Shown: piece after piece, positions 31,300 to 40,499 of the stretch
Position numbering within the stretch: the stretch's first letter is position 1
Layout of the letters: the number at the start of each line of letters is the position of its first letter
DNA from: Candidatus Latescibacterota bacterium
GTDB taxonomy: Bacteria > Latescibacterota > UBA2968 > GCA-2709665
Direction: 5' to 3'
Assembly (NCBI GenBank): GCA_965237675.1
Contig: OZ250150.1
Location: 2,944,001 to 3,008,000 of the forward strand
Length of the DNA stretch: 64,000 nucleotides
The notes under the pieces: model-generated
What the model was told of the DNA's origin: nothing
Seen by the model: the letters and a program-made list of their open reading frames with translations, nothing else
The model's database searches: none
Made by a program: the position numbers and the translations under genes

Positions 31300-32339
31300 T
31301 GCGCGTTGCCCGTCTATACGACTACGGCGACATCCGCATCGAAAACGAACCGATCCCCGAAATCGGGCCTGAAGACGCCCTGGTCAAAATGGCGGTCTGC
31401 GGCATCTGTACCAGCGATACCCTGCCGTGGTACGTGCGTCGCAAGGCCCCCATCGTACTCGGCCACGAGCCTGCAGGGACCATTGTCGACGTCGGCGCCC
31501 GGGTCACGGGATTCTCACCCGGGGAGCGGGTCTTTGTTCATCATCATGCCCCCTGCATGAACTGCCGTTCGTGCCGCCGGGGGCATTTTTCGATGTGCCC
31601 CACCTGGAAAGCCTCCGCGCTGGACCCTGGCGGCCTCGCCGAATTCGTCCGCGTGCCCGGCCTCAACCTCAGAACCGACACCCTGAAACTACCGGCCCCG
31701 ATTTCCCTCGAAGACGGCGCCCTCGTCGAACCGACCGCTTGCGCGGTACAGGCGTTGCAACGCCGCGCCCGCATGCAACGGGGAGACCGCGTCCTGATCA
31801 TCGGCATGGGCATTATGGGGCAGCTTCTTGCCCTGGTGGCCAGGCACTACGGCGCGTCCACCGTGATTGCGGCGGACATGGTGGCCTACCGGCTGGAAAA
31901 AGTCCTTGAACTCGGGGCCGACGTTGGCATCGACGTCACTCGAGACGATCTGGCCGAATCCGTCGCCGCCGCCACCGATGGGGACCTGGCCGACCTGGTT
32001 GTGGTCGGTCCGGGCACCCTGCCGGCGATGGAGGCGGGACTCTCCGCGGTGGGCGTGGGCGGGACCGTGCTTCTGTTCACCCCGGCCGAACCCGGCCGGA
32101 CCCTGGCGATTCAACCATACGATCTGTATTCCAGGGACATCACCCTCATCACCAGTTACTCGTGCGGTCCCCCGGACACCGTGGAAGCCCTGGACATCGT
32201 TGGCCGCGGGGTGGTTACCGCGAAAAAACTCGTCACTCACCGTTTTCCCCTGGAAGAAACCCCCCTGGGATTTCAGACCGTGGCGGAAGCCGGCGACTCC
32301 ATCAAGACCCTCATCGTTATCGACGAAACACGGGTGTAG
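31296..32339 (+). CDS. Zinc-binding (MDR) dehydrogenase
   Basis: CTSD, GHE, CMNCRSC.......C, GMGIMG; overlaps previous stop. Confidence 0.92.
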   Translation: MMRVARLYDYGDIRIENEPIPEIGPEDALVKMAVCGICTSDTLPWYVRRKAPIVLGHEPAGTIVDVGARVTGFSPGERVFVHHHAPCMNCRSCRRGHFSMCPTWKASALDPGGLAEFVRVPGLNLRTDTLKLPAPISLEDGALVEPTACAVQALQRRARMQRGDRVLIIGMGIMGQLLALVARHYGASTVIAADMVAYRLEKVLELGADVGIDVTRDDLAESVAAATDGDLADLVVVGPGTLPAMEAGLSAVGVGGTVLLFTPAEPGRTLAIQPYDLYSRDITLITSYSCGPPDTVEALDIVGRGVVTAKKLVTHRFPLEETPLGFQTVAEAGDSIKTLIVIDETRV

Positions 32340-32536
32340 AAACCGGTCTTTGAACCGGTACCGGCCGGGCCGGACAACCGGGGCAGGGTTCATCGGCCTT
32401 ACGTGGTCGTCGCTGTTGCCGCGCATTCGATTCCACCTTGCTTTCTGCCTGTTTTTCCTTACTATATCTGTTGCTTTAAGCCGCCAGGGTTCGACCCTGT
32501 AGCCCACGGTGCTTCGTTTCGAGAAAGGATGCCGGC

Positions 32537-32728
32537 ATGCCCTTTGTCAATGTCAAAATGCTCGACGGCCGCACGAAGGACCAGAAACGAGAACTGGTCA
32601 AAGCCATTACCGACGCCCTGCAGAATATCTGCGGCGCTAAACCGGAAGGCACCATGGTGGTCATCGAGGAAGTGACCCGCGACCACTGGGCGGTAGGCGG
32701 CGTGCTGATTTCAGACAGGGACACGTAG
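32537..32728 (+). CDS. 4-oxalocrotonate tautomerase family protein
   Basis: N-terminal Pro, GRTKDQKRELV, WAVGG. Confidence 0.93.
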   Translation: MPFVNVKMLDGRTKDQKRELVKAITDALQNICGAKPEGTMVVIEEVTRDHWAVGGVLISDRDT

Positions 32729-33002
32729 GTCCTTACAGGCGCCAGTGCGCTAGCATGCGGACGCGGCGCCCCGAATCGTCGTTATCGGAATCTTCGCCAC
32801 AGGGTTTCCGCGTGTTTGATCTTGACAGAATTTTACGCGCCGCCTATATTGCACCGATCCGCAATTCGCCTTTAAAAAGGACGAAACAACCTCCAATCGG
32901 CTCAACCCGGACAACGGTTTGAGCCATGTTCCATGGCATGTACTGGCGTTGGCTGAATCGACGGTACGTCGCGAAAAAGAAAGGGGAAAGACTTTGGACC
33001 TC

Positions 33003-34232
33003 ATGATACAATTCCTTCGCCGGCCGGGCATTCCCTTGCTCGCGCTTCTTGTGTTGGCCATTCTCGGTACCGCATCCGACGAGGCGTGTGCCCAGAAGAA
33101 GAAGATCACAAAGGGCGACGCCAAAATAGCCAAGCGGTCCGCCCACCTTTACATCAGCCAGCGGTTGTTCGACAAGGCCCTCGCACAGTTGCTGATCGTC
33201 GTCGAGGGCAATCCCAACGACGTGCAGGCGCACTTCATGCTGGGCGAAATCTACTCGGAGAAAAACCTGCAGGACGAAATGAAGAAGGAATTCGACATTG
33301 TTCTTGCGTCCAAGAAAGGCCAGAAAAAGTACCGCAAGAAAATCCAGCCGTTCCTGGACATGTGGTGGAGCCGGAACTACAACAATGCCGTTCGGGCGAT
33401 TGGCGCCGAGGACTACGGCGCAGCAATAGAAGGCCTCCAGAAAGCCATCGGGCTGGCGCCCGAAAAGGCAATGTCGTACCAGGCGCTCGGGGTGACGTAC
33501 CTGAACATGGGCCAGGCCCAGGCCGGCATCGACGCCTATCTGAAAGCGATCGAACTCGACAGCACCGATACATCCTCCTTCGTCAATCTGGGCCGTGCGT
33601 ATATGAACTCAAGGGATTACGAAGCAGCCAGACAATGCTTCACGAAAGCCCTTCAGTTGGATCCAGAGAATGCGTCATATCTGAACGACCTCGCCCGGTC
33701 CCAGCAGTTTGCGGGCGACAATGAGGCCGCTCTCGAAACCGCAGAGAAAGCCCTGGCCATCGACCCCAATAATCTCGATGTGCTGATTATGGCCGGGCAG
33801 ATGTCCCTGATGGGCGGCAATTACGAAAAGGCGGCCGAACTCCTCGAAAGAGTGGTCGCGCAGAAGCCGGACGATGTAGATTCGATGTTCAATCTGGCGG
33901 AGAGCTACAAAGGCCTTGGTAGATTGGAGGAGGCGGTCAACCTGTTCCTTAAGAGCGTCCAGGCCAATCCTCAGGATTCCGACGCGTGGTACCGGCTGGG
34001 TCGGATTTACGAGAATCAGGCCAGGTACCAGGAATCCATCGATGCCTTAAAGATGGTGGTCAGCCTCAAAGCCACCAGCGTGCAGGGCTGGCAGGCGCTG
34101 GCACGGTCGTGGGCGTTGCTTTCCCAGGAGCAGTCGGAAGGAGGTATGGGCGAAGCCGCCGCGACCAGCGCAAGAAATGCCGAAGAGGCGTACAATATGA
34201 GCGTAAGCCTGCAAGACCAGGCCGGCGAGTAA
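33003..34232 (+). CDS. Exported tetratricopeptide-repeat protein
   Basis: Signal peptide then many TPR units (AIELD, ALQLDP, ALAIDP). Confidence 0.88.
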   Translation: MIQFLRRPGIPLLALLVLAILGTASDEACAQKKKITKGDAKIAKRSAHLYISQRLFDKALAQLLIVVEGNPNDVQAHFMLGEIYSEKNLQDEMKKEFDIVLASKKGQKKYRKKIQPFLDMWWSRNYNNAVRAIGAEDYGAAIEGLQKAIGLAPEKAMSYQALGVTYLNMGQAQAGIDAYLKAIELDSTDTSSFVNLGRAYMNSRDYEAARQCFTKALQLDPENASYLNDLARSQQFAGDNEAALETAEKALAIDPNNLDVLIMAGQMSLMGGNYEKAAELLERVVAQKPDDVDSMFNLAESYKGLGRLEEAVNLFLKSVQANPQDSDAWYRLGRIYENQARYQESIDALKMVVSLKATSVQGWQALARSWALLSQEQSEGGMGEAAATSARNAEEAYNMSVSLQDQAGE

Positions 34233-34263
34233 GGAAGGGCCGGCCGCCTGGAGACGAAAACCC

Positions 34264-35274
34264 ATGTATCTGACGGACGAAAAAGTAGCGGTACTTGGCG
34301 CGGCGGGCGCCATCGGCTCCAATATCGCACAGACCCTGCTGGCATCGGGAACCGCCGGCCGGGTGTCCATGTACGACCCGTTCGAACCGGGCCTGGAAGG
34401 CGCCGCCGAGGAAATTTTCCACTGCGGATTTCCAGGCGCAAACGTCACCTGGACCGCGGACATCGCCGAAGCGCTTTCAGGTGCCGCCTATGTGATCAGT
34501 TCGGGCGGCGCGCCCAGAAAAGAAGGGATGACGCGGGAAGACCTCACCCGTGACAACGGCCTGATTGCGAAACAACTCGGTCTCGATATCAAACGGTATT
34601 GTCCGAACTGCAATTTCGTCATTATCATTTTTAACCCCGCCGATATCACGGGTCTCGCCACCCTGGTGCACTCCGGGCTTCCAGCCGGCCGTGTCTCCAC
34701 GCTGGCGGCCCTGGACAGCACGCGCCTCCAGACTGCGCTGGCCCAGCATTTCAGGATTCAGCAAGACAGCGTGACCGGCTGCAAAACCTACGGCGGCCAC
34801 GGCGAGTCGATGGCCGTATTCAAGAGCGGCACCTCCGTCAACGGCATTCCGCTGACGGATATCCTCGCTGGCGCAACCGTAAACGGCATCGGTCTCAGCC
34901 CCGAGGCCTGGAGCGGTATCCAGGCCCACGTGACCGGGGGCGGCGCCCGGATCATCCAGTTGCGCGGGCGTTCCTCCTTTCAATCTCCCGCACAGCAGAG
35001 CGTTTTCATGCTGCGGGGGCTGTTCGGCGAACCCTACGACTGGCCTTGTGGCGCCTACGTCAACAACGGTGAGTTCAGGAATATCATGATGGCCATGCCC
35101 GCCTCCCTTTCCGCCGAGGGCGTAACCAGCAGCATGCCGGAGGGCACCGCGGAGGATCTGCAGGCATTGAAAGAATCCTATGCGCATCTTGTCGGATTGC
35201 GGGACGAGATCATCCGGGAGGGCATCCTGCCCCAAGTCTCCAAGTGGGCGGGCAGCAACCCGAACCTGGCATAG
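34264..35274 (+). CDS. mdh: Malate dehydrogenase
   Basis: GAAGAIG, GAPRKEGMTREDL, NPAD, LDSTR, GGHGE. Confidence 0.92.
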   Translation: MYLTDEKVAVLGAAGAIGSNIAQTLLASGTAGRVSMYDPFEPGLEGAAEEIFHCGFPGANVTWTADIAEALSGAAYVISSGGAPRKEGMTREDLTRDNGLIAKQLGLDIKRYCPNCNFVIIIFNPADITGLATLVHSGLPAGRVSTLAALDSTRLQTALAQHFRIQQDSVTGCKTYGGHGESMAVFKSGTSVNGIPLTDILAGATVNGIGLSPEAWSGIQAHVTGGGARIIQLRGRSSFQSPAQQSVFMLRGLFGEPYDWPCGAYVNNGEFRNIMMAMPASLSAEGVTSSMPEGTAEDLQALKESYAHLVGLRDEIIREGILPQVSKWAGSNPNLA

Positions 35275-35298
35275 AGTCGGAAACGGCATCGCACGTTG

Positions 35299-35328
35299 CA
35301 GGGGCGCTCGTCGGGTTGCCCCTTTTTG
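35299..35328 (+). terminator. Intrinsic terminator-like hairpin after mdh
   Basis: AGGGGCGCTCG-T-CGGGTTGCCCCT followed by TTTT. Confidence 0.5.
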
Positions 35329-35415
35329 TTTGCCGTGATTCCGCTTTTTCGTTATTTTTCGACCGCAACCGGCCGAACACGGGCCTTTTCTCATTCCCAT
35401 CGTCGAGGAACCCGC

Positions 35416-36564
35416 GTGCCCGCACCATACGACATGCTCATTAAGGGTGGAACCGTTATCGACCCGGCGCAGGACCTGCACGCCGTTCGAGACGTGGCCA
35501 TCGCGGGCAAACGCATTGCCGCGCTGGAAGACGAGATTTACGAGGAGAACGCACAGACCGTAATCGACGCCACCGGCTACCTGGTCACGCCCGGCCTGAT
35601 CGATCTGCATGTCCACGTCTGGTGGGGGGTCTCGCACTACGGCGTGGAACCGGATCCGACCTGCCTGGCCAGGGGCGTGACCACCGTATTCGACGCCGGA
35701 TCCTCGGGCGCCGACACGTTTCCGGGATTCAAGAAGTACGTCATCGACGTCAGCGCCACCCGCATCAAGGCATTTCTGCACGTGTCCTCTCAGGGCATGT
35801 TGTCAGCCGATATCGGCGAACTCACGGACCTCCGATACGCGGACGTGGACCGCGCCGTACGGATGTGCGAGCAACACAGAGACGACATTGTCGGCGTCAA
35901 AATCCGAATGACGACGAACCTGGTCGGTGAGAACGGTAAAGAAGGCCTGAAACGGGCGCGCGAGGTCTGCGACGCCACCGGTCTCCCGCTGATGATCCAT
36001 CCCAACGCCAGCCCCGTCCCGTTCGACGACATGGTCGACGAACTCCGCGCCGGGGATATCGTCACACACTGCTTTCACCAGAGCGATACCGGCATTCTGG
36101 ATGATTCAGGCAGAGTCCGTCCTGTCGCTCGCAGGGCCGCGCAAAGCGGGATTCTGTTCGACGTGGGCCACGGCCAGGGCAGCTTTGTCTTCGACGTTGC
36201 CGAGGCGGCAATGTCCCAGGACTTCCCCCCGGGGACCATTTCCAGCGACCTCCACGTTTACAATCTGAACGGACCCGTGTACGACCTCGTCACAACCGTC
36301 TCCAAATTTCTCATTCTGGGCCTCTCGCTGGATCAGGCCCTCGAAAAAGTAACTGCGGCCCCGGCGCGCGCCATGGGTATGCTGGGCGAAATTGGCACCC
36401 TGCGGCCCGGCGCGCGGGCCGACCTGGCCGTCCTGGAACTCAAACCGGGCAACTTTGTTTTCACCGATGCCCGGGATGGGACCCGTTCGGCTGAACGGAA
36501 ACTCGAACCGGTTTCCACCATCCGAGGCGGCCGGCTTTACGCGCCGTCGGCTTTCGACGATTGA
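35416..36564 (+). CDS. Amidohydrolase/deacetylase family metallohydrolase (dihydroorotase-like)
   Basis: PGLIDLHVH, GVTTVFDAGS, GVK, THC, DVGHG, ISSD. Confidence 0.9.
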   Translation: MPAPYDMLIKGGTVIDPAQDLHAVRDVAIAGKRIAALEDEIYEENAQTVIDATGYLVTPGLIDLHVHVWWGVSHYGVEPDPTCLARGVTTVFDAGSSGADTFPGFKKYVIDVSATRIKAFLHVSSQGMLSADIGELTDLRYADVDRAVRMCEQHRDDIVGVKIRMTTNLVGENGKEGLKRAREVCDATGLPLMIHPNASPVPFDDMVDELRAGDIVTHCFHQSDTGILDDSGRVRPVARRAAQSGILFDVGHGQGSFVFDVAEAAMSQDFPPGTISSDLHVYNLNGPVYDLVTTVSKFLILGLSLDQALEKVTAAPARAMGMLGEIGTLRPGARADLAVLELKPGNFVFTDARDGTRSAERKLEPVSTIRGGRLYAPSAFDD

Positions 36565-36581
36565 CCCCGGAGGGGACCCCC

Positions 36582-37364
36582 ATGAATATTCTGGTCCTGT
36601 GCGACCTGGAAGGCGCCGCTGGCGTTGTGGATTTCCAGACACAGACCTATGACAACACGCGCTACAACGACCAGGCGAAGAACCTGTCCACGCTCGAAAT
36701 AAACGCGCTTGTGGACGGCGCCCTGGAGGGCGGGGCGGATCAGGTGATCGTCCTGGACGGACACGGCAGCGGCGGAATCAACATCGAACTCATCCACTAC
36801 GAAGCGAGGGTGATGTTCGGCCGTCCGCTGGTCTCCGCCTGGGACCTCGGGATCGACTTCAAAGCCATGTTTCTGTACGGCCACCATGCCATGGAGAACA
36901 CACCAGCGGGCGTACTGTGCCACAGCTGGAGTTCACGCGATATTTCCAACTGCTGGCTGAATGGAGAACTCATCGGTGAAATCGGGTTCAATATCGCCCG
37001 CGCCGGGGAGGCCGGCGTGCCCACGGCTTTTATCAGCGGAGACCGGGCAGCGATAGACGAAGCACGGGAGTACGTTGGGAATATCGAAGGTGTCGTCGTC
37101 AAGGAGGGGCTCAGCCGTACCGCGGCGCTCACGCTTTCTCCCGCAAAGGCACGGGACCTCATCCGCGAAGGCGCAAAACGGTCAATGTGCCGTATCGGCG
37201 AGTTTGTCTCGCACAGCGTTCCGGGTCCCTACGCCTTTGTCACGGAGTATCAGGCCGCATCCAGCGCGGCATCCAGGGCCTCCCGCCGCGATGTCGAGCG
37301 CGTAGATACTCACACTGTCAGGATTACCGGCGACACGCTCGCCGAAATTGCCGAAAAGAGATAA
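36582..37364 (+). CDS. M55 family D-aminopeptidase (DppA-like)
   Basis: DLEG, DGHG, GHHAM, HS, GEIG, SGD. Confidence 0.9.
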   Translation: MNILVLCDLEGAAGVVDFQTQTYDNTRYNDQAKNLSTLEINALVDGALEGGADQVIVLDGHGSGGINIELIHYEARVMFGRPLVSAWDLGIDFKAMFLYGHHAMENTPAGVLCHSWSSRDISNCWLNGELIGEIGFNIARAGEAGVPTAFISGDRAAIDEAREYVGNIEGVVVKEGLSRTAALTLSPAKARDLIREGAKRSMCRIGEFVSHSVPGPYAFVTEYQAASSAASRASRRDVERVDTHTVRITGDTLAEIAEKR

Positions 37365-37465
37365 TCACGCGCTGAATCGGGCTCGGCGATCCTGGAAAAA
37401 ACCCATTACCCTTCCTCCGGGTTCCATCCGGAAGGCCCCAATGCGCGCGCTTAGAGGAACTGCGA

Positions 37466-38563
37466 ATGAGTTACTCTCCCGTCGGCTTCGAAAAGTGGGA
37501 CCTGGACACCCCGGCCCTGATGCTCGACCTGGACCTTCTGGAAAACAACGTCGCCCGCATTGCCGCACGCTGCAAAGCCTGCGGCATTCACTGGCGGCCG
37601 CATACCAAGGGCAACAAAACCCCGGCCATTGCGCACAAACTGCTCGACGCGGGCGCCATCGGTATCACCTGCGCCAAACTCGGTGAAGCCGAAGTCATGG
37701 CCGCTTCGGGAATCAGGGATATCCTGGTTGCCAACCAGGTCGTGGGCGACAGGAAAATGGCCCGTCTGACCCACCTGCAGCGGCATGCCGACGTCATGGT
37801 CGCCATCGATCACCCCGTGCACGTCAGGATGATCTCGGAAGCGGCGCGGGGCGTTGGCGTCAACGTGCGTGTGCTGGTCGAAGTCGACATCGGGATGCAG
37901 CGCTGCGGTGTGACGCCCGGCAAGGCCGCGCTGGAACTGGCCCAGCAGGCGCACGCGGTGCCCGGCGTGGCATTCGCTGGGTTGATGGGCTACGAAGGCC
38001 AGGCGATGGATCTGCCCGACAGGGAGAAGGAAACCGCCTGCGCCGACGCCATCTCCCTTCTTGCGGACTCACGGGAGCTTATCGAGACCTCAGGCATCGA
38101 ATGCCCGATTGTAAGCGCCGGCGGTACGGGTACACTTGCCTTCACGCCGAGTTGCCCCGGCCTTACTGAAATCCAGGCGGGTGGCGGCATCATGATGGAC
38201 ACCTTCTACGCCACGTCGATGGGCGTCACGGGGCTGGACCACGCCCTCTCCATCCTTGCAACCGTCGTCAGCCACCCCGCGCCGGACCGGGCCTTTATCG
38301 ACGCGGGCCGCAAAACCACCTCTTCACAGTTCGGCCTGCCATGGGTCAAAGACCGGGACGGCATCGACGTGGTCGGTCTCTCCGCGGAACACGGCTATCT
38401 GGAACTCAAGAACACCGACCGTCCATTGAGAATCGGCGACAAGATCGAACTCATATCCGGCTACAGCGATATGACGGTTTTCCTCCACAACCAGATCTAC
38501 GGCATTCGTAACGACCGGGTGGAAGCCGTCTGGGACATTCTCGGCAGGGGCAAATTGCAATGA
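37466..38563 (+). CDS. DSD1 family PLP enzyme (D-threonine aldolase/D-serine dehydratase-like)
   Basis: DTPAL, WRPHTK, RCGV, GYEG, GGTG, DAGRK, SAEH. Confidence 0.9.
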   Translation: MSYSPVGFEKWDLDTPALMLDLDLLENNVARIAARCKACGIHWRPHTKGNKTPAIAHKLLDAGAIGITCAKLGEAEVMAASGIRDILVANQVVGDRKMARLTHLQRHADVMVAIDHPVHVRMISEAARGVGVNVRVLVEVDIGMQRCGVTPGKAALELAQQAHAVPGVAFAGLMGYEGQAMDLPDREKETACADAISLLADSRELIETSGIECPIVSAGGTGTLAFTPSCPGLTEIQAGGGIMMDTFYATSMGVTGLDHALSILATVVSHPAPDRAFIDAGRKTTSSQFGLPWVKDRDGIDVVGLSAEHGYLELKNTDRPLRIGDKIELISGYSDMTVFLHNQIYGIRNDRVEAVWDILGRGKLQ

Positions 38564-38772
38564 GCGGAAACGAGCCGCGTGTCGTGGTGGACCAGGCCGG
38601 TAACAGCGTCGCCGTCATGCTGGACATCGAAGAGTACAATCGCCTGCTCGAGGCATCCAAAATGCTGGAATCCCTCCGTGCGCAGGAAGCGGATAAGGGT
38701 TCCGGCCCGGCCTACACACCGGAAGAAAAAAAGCTGATGGAAGACAGGCTCGAATCTCTGGGCTATCTCTGA
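38560..38772 (+). CDS. Small protein: Phd/YefM-like N-terminus with RLxxLGY tail
   Basis: VVDQAGNSVAVMLDIEEYNRLLE...EEKKLMEDRLESLGYL; ATGA-coupled to upstream gene. Confidence 0.65.
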   Translation: MSGNEPRVVVDQAGNSVAVMLDIEEYNRLLEASKMLESLRAQEADKGSGPAYTPEEKKLMEDRLESLGYL

Positions 38773-38819
38773 GGCTCCCCGTCCCACTACTTCATTCCTC
38801 CCCTGGCTAGCGCGATCGA

Positions 38820-39407
38820 ATGAGTCCCATGGCCGATCCCGACACGATCGTCGTCGTCTCCGGGCTGCCCCGCTCCGGCACTTCGATGATGATGCAGATG
38901 CTCGAAGCGGGCGGGATGAACGTCCTGACAGACGGGCTGAGAACCGCCGACGAAGACAATCTCAAAGGTTTTTTCGAATACGAGAAGGTCAAGGCGCTGA
39001 AGACGGATCAGAGCTGGCTGCCGGAGGCCAGGGGCAAGGCCGTCAAAATCATCTCCGAACTGCTGAAGCACCTTCCCCATATCCATACCTACAGGATCAT
39101 CTTCATGCGGCGGGCCATGGAAGAGGTGCTCGCCTCACAGGAGCAGATGTTGATCCGGCGGGGCGTGCAGCCAGGCGGGCAGGCGGACGACGAGGAAATA
39201 GCGCGGGTTTTTCGCAAACATCTTCAACAGACGGAAACCTGGCTGTCCGAACGACCCTTCATCCGGACCCTCTATTCCGAACACCGACGGATCCTGGCGG
39301 ATCCCGCCCGGGAGGCGGCCCGTATCAACGTGTTTTTGAACAGCTGCCTCGATGAAGCGGCCATGGCCGCCGCCATAGACGCTTCTCTCTATCGTCAGCG
39401 CCGATAG
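38820..39407 (+). CDS. Sulfotransferase family protein
   Basis: PAPS-binding loop SGLPRSGTSMMMQML, N.KG.FE, IFMRR....V.AS. Confidence 0.88.
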   Translation: MSPMADPDTIVVVSGLPRSGTSMMMQMLEAGGMNVLTDGLRTADEDNLKGFFEYEKVKALKTDQSWLPEARGKAVKIISELLKHLPHIHTYRIIFMRRAMEEVLASQEQMLIRRGVQPGGQADDEEIARVFRKHLQQTETWLSERPFIRTLYSEHRRILADPAREAARINVFLNSCLDEAAMAAAIDASLYRQRR

Positions 39408-39437
39408 TCCCCCTTTTATCCCCTCTAAAAACGCACC

Positions 39438-39476
39438 AGAAGGCGTCCCCGACGGGGACGCCTTCTCTCTTCCTTT
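39438..39476 (+). terminator. Intrinsic terminator
   Basis: Perfect stem AGAAGGCGTCCCC-GAC-GGGGACGCCTTCT then pyrimidine run. Confidence 0.75.
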
Positions 39477-39518
39477 CCATTCCGTTCCATGTTCCCTGGC
39501 GACCTGTACCAGGGATTT

Positions 39519-39582
39519 TTCACCATTCATCCGCCGGTTCATCCCGTCTGGCTGCGTTGTTTACACTGAGCTTGTCGAAGTG
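39519..39582. repeat. Internal MITE fragment abutting a CTGAGCTTGTCGAAG repeat
   Basis: Reverse complement CAACGCAGCCAGACGGGATGAACCGGCGGATGAATGGTGA closely matches 28589-28628. Confidence 0.75.
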
Positions 39583-39994
39583 CTTGCGCAGACTGTGCTG
39601 CCCGTGCTGAACCTGTCAAAGCAAGCCCTTCAAGGGACTGTATAATACCTCCCCGCGCCGGAGACGGGCGGCCACCGGAGTGGATGATTCTCACCCATCT
39701 AACGTCGGATACGCTGCGTCATAAGCCCTCTAACCCCTATTTCCTTGTCCTTTTTCTTATTCGCGTAAGAAAAAGGACCAAAAAGAACCGCGCCGCTCGG
39801 CGCGGAGCCGGTTTTTCCGCGAATCACATCAGTGTAGTAGGCTGGCGATTGTGCCCTGCGTACGTATGACGTCACATGTCGCTTTAGTGCTGAACGGAAT
39901 AGCGCGGAAAACCCCCCCACCCAACAACCGGGCGCACGATAGGTAGACTGCGAAGGACCGTTTTGGGGATTTGCGGTGCTGCGGGACGGTATCT

Positions 39995-40104
39995 GTAGGG
40001 GCGACCGGCCGGTCGCCCCTACAAAAACCAGCCATCCGTGATACTGATATCGCCGTATTACGTGCAGTCGTTGCGTTTGTAGGGGCAACCCTTGTGGTTG
40101 CCCT
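39995..40104 (+). repeat. Pair of GTAG-type REP-like palindromes
   Basis: GTAGGGGCGACCGGCCGGTCGCCCCTAC (39995) and GTAGGGGCAACCCTTGTGGTTGCCCT (40079). Confidence 0.8.
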
Positions 40105-40300
40105 CGTCGTGGCGCAGCCATCGCTGATCGACGTCGCAAGGCCGTATGGCTAGTCGGTTTAAGCTGACAACTGAAAGCTGACGGCTGATAGCCGGATAAG
40201 AACACGAGACGCCTCCATCCGTAGTGAAAAAACCGATGTTTCCAGGTGGCGACGGAAGCCGAAACCACCGCGAATCACCTCGTTTTTCGGGGCTCCCAAT

Positions 40301-40407
40301 TGTCGTCCGTGTTCACAGGTGTGACGAAACACGACAGGTTGGCCGCCCGACGTGAATACATATCTAATTGTTTATAAACATTTTATAAATTTGGCACGGC
40401 GATTGCA
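40301..40407 (+). promoter_or_regulatory. Sigma54 -24/-12 promoter with upstream activator-like boxes
   Basis: TGGCACG-GCGA-TTGCA at 40392-40407; AT-rich tract 40355-40391; TGT-N11-ACA at 40301 and 40320. Confidence 0.8.
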
Positions 40408-40499
40408 TATACGATACGACGGCAAACGTGAACGTGCAACACCACAAACCGTTCTGAATCTGGATACTCGACTCACCCGGCGGATTTCCGGAGCACTTC

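Noticed and set aside
32850-33002. Riboswitch in the TPR gene leader (hairpin GGCTCAACC...GGTTTGAGCC)
   Set aside because: One hairpin with no recognisable aptamer or terminator
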